In this document: in pieces, positions 1 through 8,259 of the stretch
Numbering within the stretch: the first letter of the stretch is position 1
Layout of the letters: every line of letters begins with the position of its first letter
NCBI GenBank assembly: GCA_002498205.1
Contig: DAGQ01000015.1
Location: 1-32,874 of the forward strand
DNA: 32,874 bases
From: Euryarchaeota archaeon UBA596
GTDB lineage: Archaea; Thermoplasmatota; Poseidoniia; Poseidoniales; Poseidoniaceae
Direction: 5' to 3'
The notes under the pieces: generated by a model
Database searches by the model: none
What the model was told of the DNA's origin: nothing
Seen by the model: the letters and a program-made list of their open reading frames with translations, nothing else
Translations under genes and position numbers: made by a program

Positions 1-1200
1 CCACATATAAATTCCTTTAGATGCTTCTCCCTGAAATCCTCCCGGACAAGAATCATTTGTTATTCTCCCCTCACCAAATAATTTTTTAGCACCATCTTTT
101 TCTACTTTTTCTATGGTTTTAAGAAAATCAGATCCATATTTTTCAGAAAGCATTGGTCCATATATTACTCCTTCATATTTGGAGGAATCTCCAATTGGCG
201 TAGCAATGACTTTTTCCATGAATTTAGCCATAAACTCTTCATAAATATCTTCATGTAAGATTAGATTTCCTAAACTTGTGCAGCGTTGTCCAGCAGTTCC
301 AAATGAAGCCCAATATGCTCCTTGAACGGCATTTTCCATATCAGCAGAGGGCATAACAACAAGTGGGTTTTTACCTCCTAGTTCCAGTGAACATGATACT
401 AGATTTCTTCCACAAACTTCACCAATCTTTTTACCAACCTCTGTACTTCCAGTAAAACTTATTTTGTTTATTTTACCTTCATCAACAGCATCAATAATGT
501 ATTGACCTGCTCCACTACCTTTTCCGTGAACTAAATTAATTACACCATTAGGTAGTCCAGCTTGATGCATTATTCTAGCTAATGCAAATGAGAGAAGTGG
601 GGCATCTTGCGGAGACTTCCAAACACAGGTGTTTCCACACATAATTGCTGGAATCATTTTCCAGAATGGAACAGCGGATGGAAAGTTACAAGCATTTATG
701 ATTCCGCAAACCCCCAAAGGTCTTCGATATGTGAATAATTCTTTGTTAGGTAATTCAGAATTAACAGTTTGTCCATAGAGTCTACGGCCTTCAGATTGGA
801 AGAATAGACACGTATCAATCGCTTCTTGGATTTCTCCACCACATTCTTTTATTGTTTTACCAATCTCACGTGACTGTAGACGGACTAAATCCTCTTTATG
901 GTCCATTAACAAACGGCCCATATTTCCAATAATTTGACCTCTAGTGGGGGCTGGAGTGTTTGACCATTTTGTAAAAGCAGTTCTCGCTGCGGAAATTGCA
1001 TCGTCAACATCTTGTTTTGTTGATAAGGGGAAAAATCCTAAACAATCATTTTTGTTTGCTGGATTAATACTTTCAAATGTTTTTTGATCACTTGCGACTT
1101 TTAATTGTCCGTTAATAATATTGTATCCTTTAACACATGGTAAATTAGTTTCGTTATTAGATTCAATGAAGTCTAAACCGGTTTCAAGTACAGCGGGCAT
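1..1200 (-). CDS. Aldehyde dehydrogenase family protein (NAD(P)+-dependent). N-terminus complete, C-terminus runs off the window start.
   Basis: Absent from the supplied ORF track because there is no stop in the window. My translation of the reverse complement from ATG (1200-1198) stays open for all 400 codons: MPAVLETGLDFIESNNETNLPCVKGYNIINGQLKVASDQKTFESINPANKNDCLGFFPLSTKQDVDDAISAARTAFTKWSNTPAPTRGQIIGNMGRLLMDHKEDL... It carries ALDH hallmarks: FTGSTEVGK, the catalytic-Glu motif LELGGKNP and the catalytic-Cys motif FGTAGQRCTS. Confidence 0.85.
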   Translation of the reverse strand, partial: MPAVLETGLDFIESNNETNLPCVKGYNIINGQLKVASDQKTFESINPANKNDCLGFFPLSTKQDVDDAISAARTAFTKWSNTPAPTRGQIIGNMGRLLMDHKEDLVRLQSREIGKTIKECGGEIQEAIDTCLFFQSEGRRLYGQTVNSELPNKELFTYRRPLGVCGIINACNFPSAVPFWKMIPAIMCGNTCVWKSPQDAPLLSFALARIMHQAGLPNGVINLVHGKGSGAGQYIIDAVDEGKINKISFTGSTEVGKKIGEVCGRNLVSCSLELGGKNPLVVMPSADMENAVQGAYWASFGTAGQRCTSLGNLILHEDIYEEFMAKFMEKVIATPIGDSSKYEGVIYGPMLSEKYGSDFLKTIEKVEKDGAKKLFGEGRITNDSCPGGFQGEASKGIYMW

Positions 1201-1309
1201 AGCACGTCCGAAACAACTCACAATGATGAACTTGATGTAATTAAGGCACTTAGAAAACAGTGGGTTTAAGGATTCCCTAAATTTAACCATGTATGTCGGA
1301 GAGAGGATT

Positions 1310-3562
1310 ATGGCTTCTAAAGGTTCAGATGTATTACAATTGAGGATAGCTAAAGCAATACCTAGTGATGTAGGTTTTGGTAGGGCAAGAATTTCGAGTG
1401 ATAATGAACTTGGTTTGAAACCAGGCGATATTATTGAAATCAAAGGAGAAACAGGAATGACTGCTGCAACCTATTGGAGAAGTCGCCCTGAAGATAGTAA
1501 AATGGATATTGTCCGGATAGATGGGATAATTAGAAAAAATGCTGGAGTATCTTTAGGAGATAAGGTAGAGATACGTAAGGTAGATGTTGTCCCTTGTAAA
1601 AAATTAGTACTTTCACCAGTAATGGTAAATAAGCAAAATAAAAACAAACCTTCTGCAATGCAATTTGGGCCTAATATCGAAGGATTTGCTAGGAGGGGTT
1701 TGAATAAAAGACCAGTAGTAGCAGGAGATAGAATCTTTATTCCAGGAATTACATTATTTGCTGAGACATTACCTTTTGCCGTTCGTTCTACAACACCAAA
1801 AGGAATCGTTCAAGTATTGCCAGAAACTGAAATCGTCATTAAAGATGAACAAGTAGATGAAGAATCATCTGCTGATTCAGAGGGAATTACTTATGAAGAT
1901 ATTGGGGGGATTGGAAACCAATTACAAAAAGTCAGAGAAATGATCGAGTTGCCATTAAAACACCCAGAATTATTTCGTAGATTAGGAATTAGTCCACCAA
2001 AAGGAGTATTGCTTCATGGACCTCCTGGTACGGGTAAAACAATGATCGCAAAAGCGGTTGCAACAGAAACAAATGCACATTTTAAATCAATAAATGGACC
2101 CGAGATTATTAGTAAATATTATGGAGAATCAGAAAAACAACTTAGAGAGATTTTTGATGATGCTGCTGAAAATTCTCCAGCAATAGTTTTCGTTGATGAA
2201 TTAGATAGTATTGCACCAAAACGTGAAGATGTTACCGGAGAAGTTGAACGAAGAGTAGTAGCTCAATTGTTAACTTTAATGGATGGAATGCAAGGTCGTG
2301 ATAATATTGTTGTGATTGGAGCAACCAATCGTAGAGATGCGATAGACCCTGCCTTACGTAGGCCTGGTCGATTTGATAGGGAGATTGAAGTTGGAGTACC
2401 AGATAGAAACGGTAGGGCAGAAATTGTAGATGTACATACAAGAGGTATGCCTTTAAGTGATGATTTTGATATTGAATGGATTTTAGAGAACACTTACGGA
2501 TTTGTAGGTGCGGATGTTTCTGCATTAGTCAGAGAGGCAGCTATGAAAGCATTGAGGAGATATCTTCCTGAAATAGATTTAGATGCTGAAGTAATTCCAC
2601 CAGAAGTATTAGAAAAAATGGAAGTAGTAATGGAAGATTTTAAGCTAGCTATTAGGGAGGTTGAACCTAGTGCACTAAGAGAAATTTATGTTGAAATCCC
2701 AGAAACAGGTTGGGATAAAGTAGGTGGTTTAGAAGAAATTAAAAACAGACTCAAAGAAAGTGTCGAGTGGCCACTAACAAAGCCTGAATTATTTGATCAT
2801 TTTGGGATTAAACCACCTAGGGGAATTGTATTATTTGGTGCGCCTGGGACTGGAAAAACATTGTTGGCAAAAGCGATTGCAAATGAAGCCAAAGCGAATT
2901 TTATATCAATCAAGGGACCCGAAATGATTAGCAAATGGGTAGGTGAATCAGAAAGAGGGATTAGAGAGATATTTAAGAAAGCAAAACAGGCATCACCGTC
3001 TATTATTTTCCTTGATGAATTTGAAAGCATTGCTCATTCTAGATCATCAGGAGGAATGGATGGAGGTGGAACTCAATCTGGAAATAGGGTTGTAAACCAA
3101 TTACTCGCTAGTATGGATGGCATAGAATCTTTAGATGGTGTCATTGTAGTTGCTGCAACAAATAGACCGGAAATGATAGATCCAGCCTTGATTAGAAGTG
3201 GTAGATTTGAAAGAGTATTACATGTGCCTCCGCCAGATGCAAAAGCAATCAAAGAAATTTTTAAAATTCATAGTGAAGGAATGCCATTAGGGAAATTCAA
3301 TCTTGGAGATATTTCAAAGAAGATGATAGGATATACTGGAGCAGATGTAGAATCAGTATGTAGGGAAGCAGCATTAACTGCCATGAGAGAATCCAAGAAA
3401 ACCGTAACAAAGACGCATTTTGAGAACGCATTGAATATGGTAAGACCTACAGTTAATGATGATATGTTAGAATACTACAAGAAAATGGAAGCTTTACTTG
3501 TTAGTGGATTAAGTACTGTTCGTAGAGGAAAGGATACACAAAGAGGTATGGAATCAGTTTGA
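1310..3562 (+). CDS. cdc48: Cdc48/VCP/VAT-type double-ring AAA+ ATPase
   Basis: N-terminal Cdc48-type substrate-recognition domain ([21 protein letters not shown]...). Two AAA modules with Walker A GPPGTGKT (D1) and GAPGTGKT (D2), Walker B VFVDELD / IFLDEFE, and second-region-of-homology [19 protein letters not shown] / [20 protein letters not shown] prefer ATG 1310 (MASKGSD...), preceded by GGAGAGAGG and about 26 nt downstream of TAAATTTAA. The track start at 1289 is an alternative. Confidence 0.95.
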   Translation: MASKGSDVLQLRIAKAIPSDVGFGRARISSDNELGLKPGDIIEIKGETGMTAATYWRSRPEDSKMDIVRIDGIIRKNAGVSLGDKVEIRKVDVVPCKKLVLSPVMVNKQNKNKPSAMQFGPNIEGFARRGLNKRPVVAGDRIFIPGITLFAETLPFAVRSTTPKGIVQVLPETEIVIKDEQVDEESSADSEGITYEDIGGIGNQLQKVREMIELPLKHPELFRRLGISPPKGVLLHGPPGTGKTMIAKAVATETNAHFKSINGPEIISKYYGESEKQLREIFDDAAENSPAIVFVDELDSIAPKREDVTGEVERRVVAQLLTLMDGMQGRDNIVVIGATNRRDAIDPALRRPGRFDREIEVGVPDRNGRAEIVDVHTRGMPLSDDFDIEWILENTYGFVGADVSALVREAAMKALRRYLPEIDLDAEVIPPEVLEKMEVVMEDFKLAIREVEPSALREIYVEIPETGWDKVGGLEEIKNRLKESVEWPLTKPELFDHFGIKPPRGIVLFGAPGTGKTLLAKAIANEAKANFISIKGPEMISKWVGESERGIREIFKKAKQASPSIIFLDEFESIAHSRSSGGMDGGGTQSGNRVVNQLLASMDGIESLDGVIVVAATNRPEMIDPALIRSGRFERVLHVPPPDAKAIKEIFKIHSEGMPLGKFNLGDISKKMIGYTGADVESVCREAALTAMRESKKTVTKTHFENALNMVRPTVNDDMLEYYKKMEALLVSGLSTVRRGKDTQRGMESV

Positions 3563-3569
3563 GGTGATC
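3561..3569 (+). promoter_or_regulatory. Shine-Dalgarno site GAGGTGATC overlapping the cdc48 TGA stop
   Basis: Nine nucleotides matching the GGAGGTGATC-type SD consensus. The same TGAGGTGA stop/SD arrangement recurs at 6793-6801 (+) and 8255-8262 (-). Related AGGTGAT sites precede the starts at 11415 (-) and 16981 (+). Confidence 0.6.
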
Positions 3570-3571
3570 AT

Positions 3572-3817
3572 ATTAGTATTACTGTTTTTGGATATGAACT
3601 TGTAGGTAGAGAAGTTTTTGATAAAAGTGAAGAATTGCTAGGAATTGTTACTGAGATACATATAAATTACACTAATGGTGGTGTTGAATTCATCTGTGTT
3701 AAGTTAGAAAAAGGAATAAATTCAACTAAATTACCTTGGACTGCTAAAGATAATATTGTACAGGTTCCTCCCAGTGAAATTGAACGGTTAGAAGGCTCAA
3801 TTTTCTTAAGAAGATAG
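3572..3817 (+). CDS. Small PRC-barrel domain protein, with a probable non-canonical ATT start. The track ORF starts at TTG 3635.
   Basis: The frame is open from 3563. The translated stretch ISITVFGYELVGREVFDKSEELLGIVTEIHINYTNGGVEFICVKLEKG... matches the PRC-barrel pattern (l.G..V.d..g..lG.v.di.id...g.v..l.v) beginning upstream of TTG 3635. No in-frame ATG/GTG/TTG lies between 3563 and 3635. A 9-nt perfect SD, GAGGTGATC (3561-3569), sits 2 nt before ATT 3572. Confidence 0.7.
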   Translation: MSITVFGYELVGREVFDKSEELLGIVTEIHINYTNGGVEFICVKLEKGINSTKLPWTAKDNIVQVPPSEIERLEGSIFLRR

Positions 3818-3869
3818 CGTAATCATAACCCAGTAAGCGTATTAAAGCAGTCAATACCGTCGCACTGTT

Positions 3870-3883
3870 AGCGCTTAAGCGCT
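3870..3883. repeat. Perfect 14-bp palindrome AGCGCTTAAGCGCT, 2 nt upstream of the GTG start at 3886
   Basis: Read directly from the sequence; it is its own reverse complement. It lies in the relatively GC-rich 68-nt spacer between the PRC-barrel gene and the DUF4350-like gene. Confidence 0.5.
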
Positions 3884-3885
3884 GG

Positions 3886-5535
3886 GTGCTGATTTTGGTT
3901 AGAAAGAGTTTCAAAAAATATCAACGCCGCGCTTTAATTTCAAGTTTTTATATTGCACTCTTATTCCTTGTATTTCTTTTACTTTCGAGTTATGTAAACT
4001 TAGGAAATGCAAAACAACTTTCTGCTTACGACAATGATTGGGACGATATTTCAGAATTTAGGAAAGAAATTTCTGATTTGGGAATTAGTACAAAAAGTTT
4101 AGTTTCAAGTCCTCTATTGTTGAATGAAATCGAAAACCCAGTTAATACTACGTTTGTGATTAGTGGTATAGAGAAAGATACATTTTCATTACCTTCCATT
4201 GGTTCTGATTCCTCATTTATTAGTTTTAGTGAACCCGAAGGGTATAGTACTTCTGAAATTTCTGCCATTACTAGTTTTGTAGAAAGAGGCGGTACAGTAA
4301 TTGTATTGGATGATTTCGGTTATTCTAGTGGAATTGCAGATGCTGTTGGAATTAGTTACAGTAATCATAGACTATATGATGATGAATATGCTGTTGAATT
4401 AGATTACAATTATGTTTGGATGAATATTAGTCAAAATCATACCGATTGGGAAGATTCAGAAGAATTCCATATAGGCCATTCAAGATGGCATCAAGGAACA
4501 GACCCTACAGGTACTGGAATGCATCCTTGTTCACGTTGGGCTGAAAGCGAAATTACATTTGCTACAAAGGAAGAAGCAGGTTTATGTGGGCATCATTATA
4601 ATTCAACAAGTAAAATGATAGAGTATAATTATGATTACGACTTATTACTTAATGCTCCTTCAGCATTCGAATCTATTGAATTTTCTGGGGCTTTTTCATA
4701 TTATGAAGCAGTAGGTCGTTCTAGCCCTCAATCTTATTTAGACTTGAATAATGATGGAAAAATTACTCTTGAAACTGAAACTGCTCAAACAGAAGCTGAT
4801 GCACAGGGGCCTTTTGACGTCTATATTGAAACCTGTGATTCTTCCGATTGTGCAGATTCTAGTGGAGGTAGAATCTATTTCATTAGTGATGGAAGTGCCT
4901 TAATTAATGCAATTTACAGTTTTGATTCAGCAAATTCAGGAGATTTTGATGAAGATGGTAAATCAATAACAAATATTCCAGCAAACGATAATAGGAAATG
5001 GGCTTTAGATGTAATTGCAGAATCCGCCTTAACAGCTAATAATTTTACAAATAAAGATGCAATATTTGCAAGTAGTGACGCAATGGTAATTTTTGACGAA
5101 AGTAGACATAGTCAAAATGTCTTATTCACAGATGCTTATAATTTAATTTACTTCTTATTAGTATATTTGACAGGAGATGGAATTGGGATGTTATTATTAT
5201 TCATCTTGTTATTTTTGGCATTCGAAGCAGTTTTAATCAAAAAAACAGATCCTGAACCTTGGAGGCATATTTTTAACATAATTTATTATGGATTTGGTGA
5301 TGCAAAAAGATATGGGTATTATACGCGTACTAACAAAATTAAACAAGTATTTTTATCAAGAGTAAGAAATTTAAATGCGCTATCCAGAGAAGAATTTGAT
5401 CGCATGCCTGCTCAAGAATTACAAGATTTGATTAAGGATCCAGTGTTAGTAAAATTTGTTTTTGAAAATAAAAAGTATGATCTTGAACAAACCGTAGCGA
5501 TTGTTAAAAGAATTAAAGGATGGCAAAAGGGTTGA
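3886..5535 (+). CDS. Bitopic membrane protein with a large extracytoplasmic domain, tentatively DUF4350-like
   Basis: GTG start. N-terminal TM (ALISSFYIALLFLVFLLLSSYV) and a second TM near residue 425-450 (IYFLLVYLTGDGIGMLLLFILLFLAFEAVLI), followed by a basic cytoplasmic tail. The segment ERGGTVIVLDDFGYSSGIADAVGISY resembles the DUF4350 core. It sits immediately upstream of a DUF58 gene, as DUF4350 genes often do. Confidence 0.65.
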   Translation: MLILVRKSFKKYQRRALISSFYIALLFLVFLLLSSYVNLGNAKQLSAYDNDWDDISEFRKEISDLGISTKSLVSSPLLLNEIENPVNTTFVISGIEKDTFSLPSIGSDSSFISFSEPEGYSTSEISAITSFVERGGTVIVLDDFGYSSGIADAVGISYSNHRLYDDEYAVELDYNYVWMNISQNHTDWEDSEEFHIGHSRWHQGTDPTGTGMHPCSRWAESEITFATKEEAGLCGHHYNSTSKMIEYNYDYDLLLNAPSAFESIEFSGAFSYYEAVGRSSPQSYLDLNNDGKITLETETAQTEADAQGPFDVYIETCDSSDCADSSGGRIYFISDGSALINAIYSFDSANSGDFDEDGKSITNIPANDNRKWALDVIAESALTANNFTNKDAIFASSDAMVIFDESRHSQNVLFTDAYNLIYFLLVYLTGDGIGMLLLFILLFLAFEAVLIKKTDPEPWRHIFNIIYYGFGDAKRYGYYTRTNKIKQVFLSRVRNLNALSREEFDRMPAQELQDLIKDPVLVKFVFENKKYDLEQTVAIVKRIKGWQKG

Positions 5536-5541
5536 TAAAAA

Positions 5542-6795
5542 ATGTGGACAAGAAAAGCAGCATTTAGTATTACAGGAGGCATCTCTTTAGTTTTGATTGG
5601 AATGATGATTTCAAACTTCCAATTGATGGTAATTGGGTTAACTTTTATTGCATTTACAGTATTAAATGGATGGATTAAGGGACATGGAAATGTCGAGGTT
5701 CAGAGAATTTTATCAGCAGATAATTTGTATAAAGGTGACGATTTATTTGTTGAATTAAGAATAACTAATCGTTCAATGAGGCGTACTCAGCAATTAGAAA
5801 TTTATGATAACGTACCCCATGAGATGAAATTAAGAAGTGGATTAAATTACATGAGAGTGAATTTAGGACCTGGCCAAAGTACTAGAATTAGATATTCTTT
5901 AAGATGCCCCCTCAGAGGTCATTATTCAATAGGGCCAATTAGTATTAGATTCAGAAATACATTCAATTTATTTGCGCAAGAAATGTTTGTTAGCCACCAT
6001 AGTGATTTAATTGTTTTTCCACAAGTTAGAGATGTTGAAGAAGCCTTTATTCGAAGTAGGACTCCAAAAATGTACACTGGTGCTTCAACTTTAAGAACAC
6101 CAGGTCCAGGTTCTGAATTTTACAGTCTGAGGGAATATGTTACTGGTGACCCATTTAAGAATATTAATTGGAAAGCATTCGCTAGAACAGGAGAGTTAAT
6201 GGTAAATGAAAAATGTCGTGATGCTGTAACTGATTTATTTATTATTTTAGATAGTAGAGATATTAGTAGAATTGGAACGGTTCTCAAAAATCCACTTGAA
6301 ATGGGTGCGGTTGCAGCAGCATCTTTAGCATCTTTTTTCATTCAGAGACGAGATAGTGTAGCCCTCGCAATTTATGATGATGGGGTATCATATCTTCCAG
6401 CAGATACTGGAGATAAACAATATTTCAAGATACTAAGTAGTTTAGCTGGGGTTGTACCTAAGGGTTCTATGCCCCTTCAAGCCGTAACAAATTCACTATC
6501 ACCAAGATTTAGTAGAGGATCTCCTGTATTCATAATTAGTAGTATAGAAGGAGACGGAACAGTTCCAAATGCAGTTAGAGATTTAGTTGGAAGAGGTCAT
6601 GAAGTGACAATATTATCTCCGTCAAGTTTAGACTTTGAAAGATTAGTTAGTAGGATTCCTAGAATGAGTTATGAAGTTTTAAAACTTGAACGACAAAATA
6701 GGTTAACAGGTTTAGCAGGCTTTGGAGCATCAGTAATTGATTGGATGCCAGATGTAGAATTATCACAAGCATTATTGCAGGTGAAGGATGTTTGA
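5542..6795 (+). CDS. DUF58 domain-containing protein (family usually partnered with MoxR)
   Basis: Two N-terminal TM helices, then the DUF58 signature SEFYSLREYVTGDPFKNINWKAFARTGELMVNE, followed by a VWA-like region (LFIILDSRD). A 6-nt gap separates it from the upstream gene. Confidence 0.9.
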   Translation: MWTRKAAFSITGGISLVLIGMMISNFQLMVIGLTFIAFTVLNGWIKGHGNVEVQRILSADNLYKGDDLFVELRITNRSMRRTQQLEIYDNVPHEMKLRSGLNYMRVNLGPGQSTRIRYSLRCPLRGHYSIGPISIRFRNTFNLFAQEMFVSHHSDLIVFPQVRDVEEAFIRSRTPKMYTGASTLRTPGPGSEFYSLREYVTGDPFKNINWKAFARTGELMVNEKCRDAVTDLFIILDSRDISRIGTVLKNPLEMGAVAAASLASFFIQRRDSVALAIYDDGVSYLPADTGDKQYFKILSSLAGVVPKGSMPLQAVTNSLSPRFSRGSPVFIISSIEGDGTVPNAVRDLVGRGHEVTILSPSSLDFERLVSRIPRMSYEVLKLERQNRLTGLAGFGASVIDWMPDVELSQALLQVKDV

Positions 6796-6806
6796 GGTGA
6801 TGAATT

Positions 6807-8000
6807 ATGGCAGATGATGTACAACCTCAACAAGAAGGAATGCGAACGCTACATTTAAGATTATTAAGAATTCAATGGCAAGTAGTTACTTTACAACTAA
6901 TTAGTACGATTGCATTACTTTGGATGTATCTAAAAATGGTGGATTTGTATATTGTAGATTCAATTGATCATGCTATGGCCATCCAATTTTTTGATACTCA
7001 ACTAAATTCAGCTAATTTAGAAATGCCATTACCCGCATGGTTGACGGGGGAAGAAGCGATAGGGCTTACTAGATTTTATCCAATAATGGTTCTAAGCATT
7101 GTAATTGGCGGGGGTATGGCAGCATTAACATTTCAAAATCCCGTAATTCAGCGCAGAGTTCGTTTAGGATTATTACTAGCATTTGTATTATGGTTATTTG
7201 GGCCGTTTTTATTAAAATGGTTATTTTCAAATTTTGGAAAAGGAGATTGGTGGATTCCTCCAGATGAATCTGTAGAGTCACTTTTCAAGGGGGTAATAGT
7301 AGTACTAGAAGTTATTTTAATTGGAATTTATATTCTACCTTTAGTCATGGGAATTCGAGGAGTTTGGGGTCTTTCTAAAGGTGCTATTGCATGGGCTACA
7401 GGAATTATGTTACTATTCTTAATTTTGCATGCATTATTGACTTTCCAAATTGTCGAGGATTTATTATTTGGAGTTTCAGGAGATGGTTTAAAGAAGATAC
7501 CTTCTTTGGCAGGAGACCCTACAATTTTAGGATTAATTAGTCCTAATCAATTCAGTCTTTTACAACTTTCATTACTCTTAATAATTTTCCAAGAATCCTC
7601 TATGGGGGTCATCCGTTATCTTGAATATGCATTTAGATTACCTGAAACATGTAAAAAAGATCCAGAATATGTGACACAATTCTACAATTTATTAAACGGA
7701 CATATGGTTCAAACTATTGTATTAATGACACTTTGTGGAATTACAACAATTATAGCATTAGGCTTCCATACTCTTCTTCTTTCTATTGTAGCATCATTAC
7801 CTGGAGACGGTCAATGGGCATATCAAATTCAAGAATCTATTGAATTAGAATTAACTTATGGTGTAGTAATTTCAGCCCTATTATTCTTATTATTGTTAGC
7901 AGGATTAAGATACATATTACCGTGGCAAAGAATTAGTGGATTCGTAGAATCATTATCTCAGAAAAACGTAGAAAACCCTCCCGTTCAAGAGGAAATTTAA
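6807..8000 (+). CDS. Polytopic integral membrane protein of unknown function, roughly 8-9 TM segments by eye
   Basis: Translationally coupled to the DUF58 gene: its TGA stop at 6793-6795 overlaps the SD GAGGTGAT (6794-6801), 5 nt before ATG 6807. Multiple long hydrophobic stretches occur throughout. I recognise no family motif. Confidence 0.75.
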   Translation: MADDVQPQQEGMRTLHLRLLRIQWQVVTLQLISTIALLWMYLKMVDLYIVDSIDHAMAIQFFDTQLNSANLEMPLPAWLTGEEAIGLTRFYPIMVLSIVIGGGMAALTFQNPVIQRRVRLGLLLAFVLWLFGPFLLKWLFSNFGKGDWWIPPDESVESLFKGVIVVLEVILIGIYILPLVMGIRGVWGLSKGAIAWATGIMLLFLILHALLTFQIVEDLLFGVSGDGLKKIPSLAGDPTILGLISPNQFSLLQLSLLLIIFQESSMGVIRYLEYAFRLPETCKKDPEYVTQFYNLLNGHMVQTIVLMTLCGITTIIALGFHTLLLSIVASLPGDGQWAYQIQESIELELTYGVVISALLFLLLLAGLRYILPWQRISGFVESLSQKNVENPPVQEEI

Positions 8001-8248
8001 TTTTTAAAATACTGAATAAATCTACCAATTATTTCTGCTATTGAAAGTGCTAATAATGGAGCAATACATGTGCTAAAGAATAGATTTAACCAAAAGTAAT
8101 CCTCAAACTCATTCCAAATTGAATATGTTAAAAAAATAGTTAGAATTACCGAAAACATTAATCCGACTCTTTCTAAAAAAATTGGATATTTTTTTCCACT
8201 AATTTCTGTTCTTCCCATTAATGTGAGCTCATTAAGCTCTTCTTCCAT
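7997..8248 (-). CDS. Small (83 aa) two-TM membrane protein, last gene of the Roadblock operon
   Basis: ATG at 8248 is preceded on the minus strand by TGAGGTGAAAAATA. The TGA is the stop of the upstream 1051-aa gene and GAGGTGA is a strong SD. Two hydrophobic helices: VGLMFSVILTIFLTYSIW and LNLFFSTCIAPLLALSIAEIIG. Confidence 0.6.
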   Translation of the reverse strand: MEEELNELTLMGRTEISGKKYPIFLERVGLMFSVILTIFLTYSIWNEFEDYFWLNLFFSTCIAPLLALSIAEIIGRFIQYFKN

Positions 8249-8259
8249 TATTTTTCACC

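Noticed and set aside
3560-3562. Global reassignment of TGA (to Trp, Gly or Sec) as the explanation for the in-frame TGA between cdc48 and the PRC-barrel ORF.
   Set aside because: Several other genes here terminate at TGA with homolog-consistent lengths (DUF58 at 6793, the 1051-aa gene at 8260, xth at 13692, DUF2071 at 25086). No internal TGA is needed to keep any conserved gene open.
3818-3885. A relatively GC-rich 68-nt spacer, considered as a possible tRNA or small structured RNA gene.
   Set aside because: No T-loop (GTTCRANYC) or D-loop consensus and no acceptor-stem pairing. The only strong structure is the 14-bp palindrome, reported separately.
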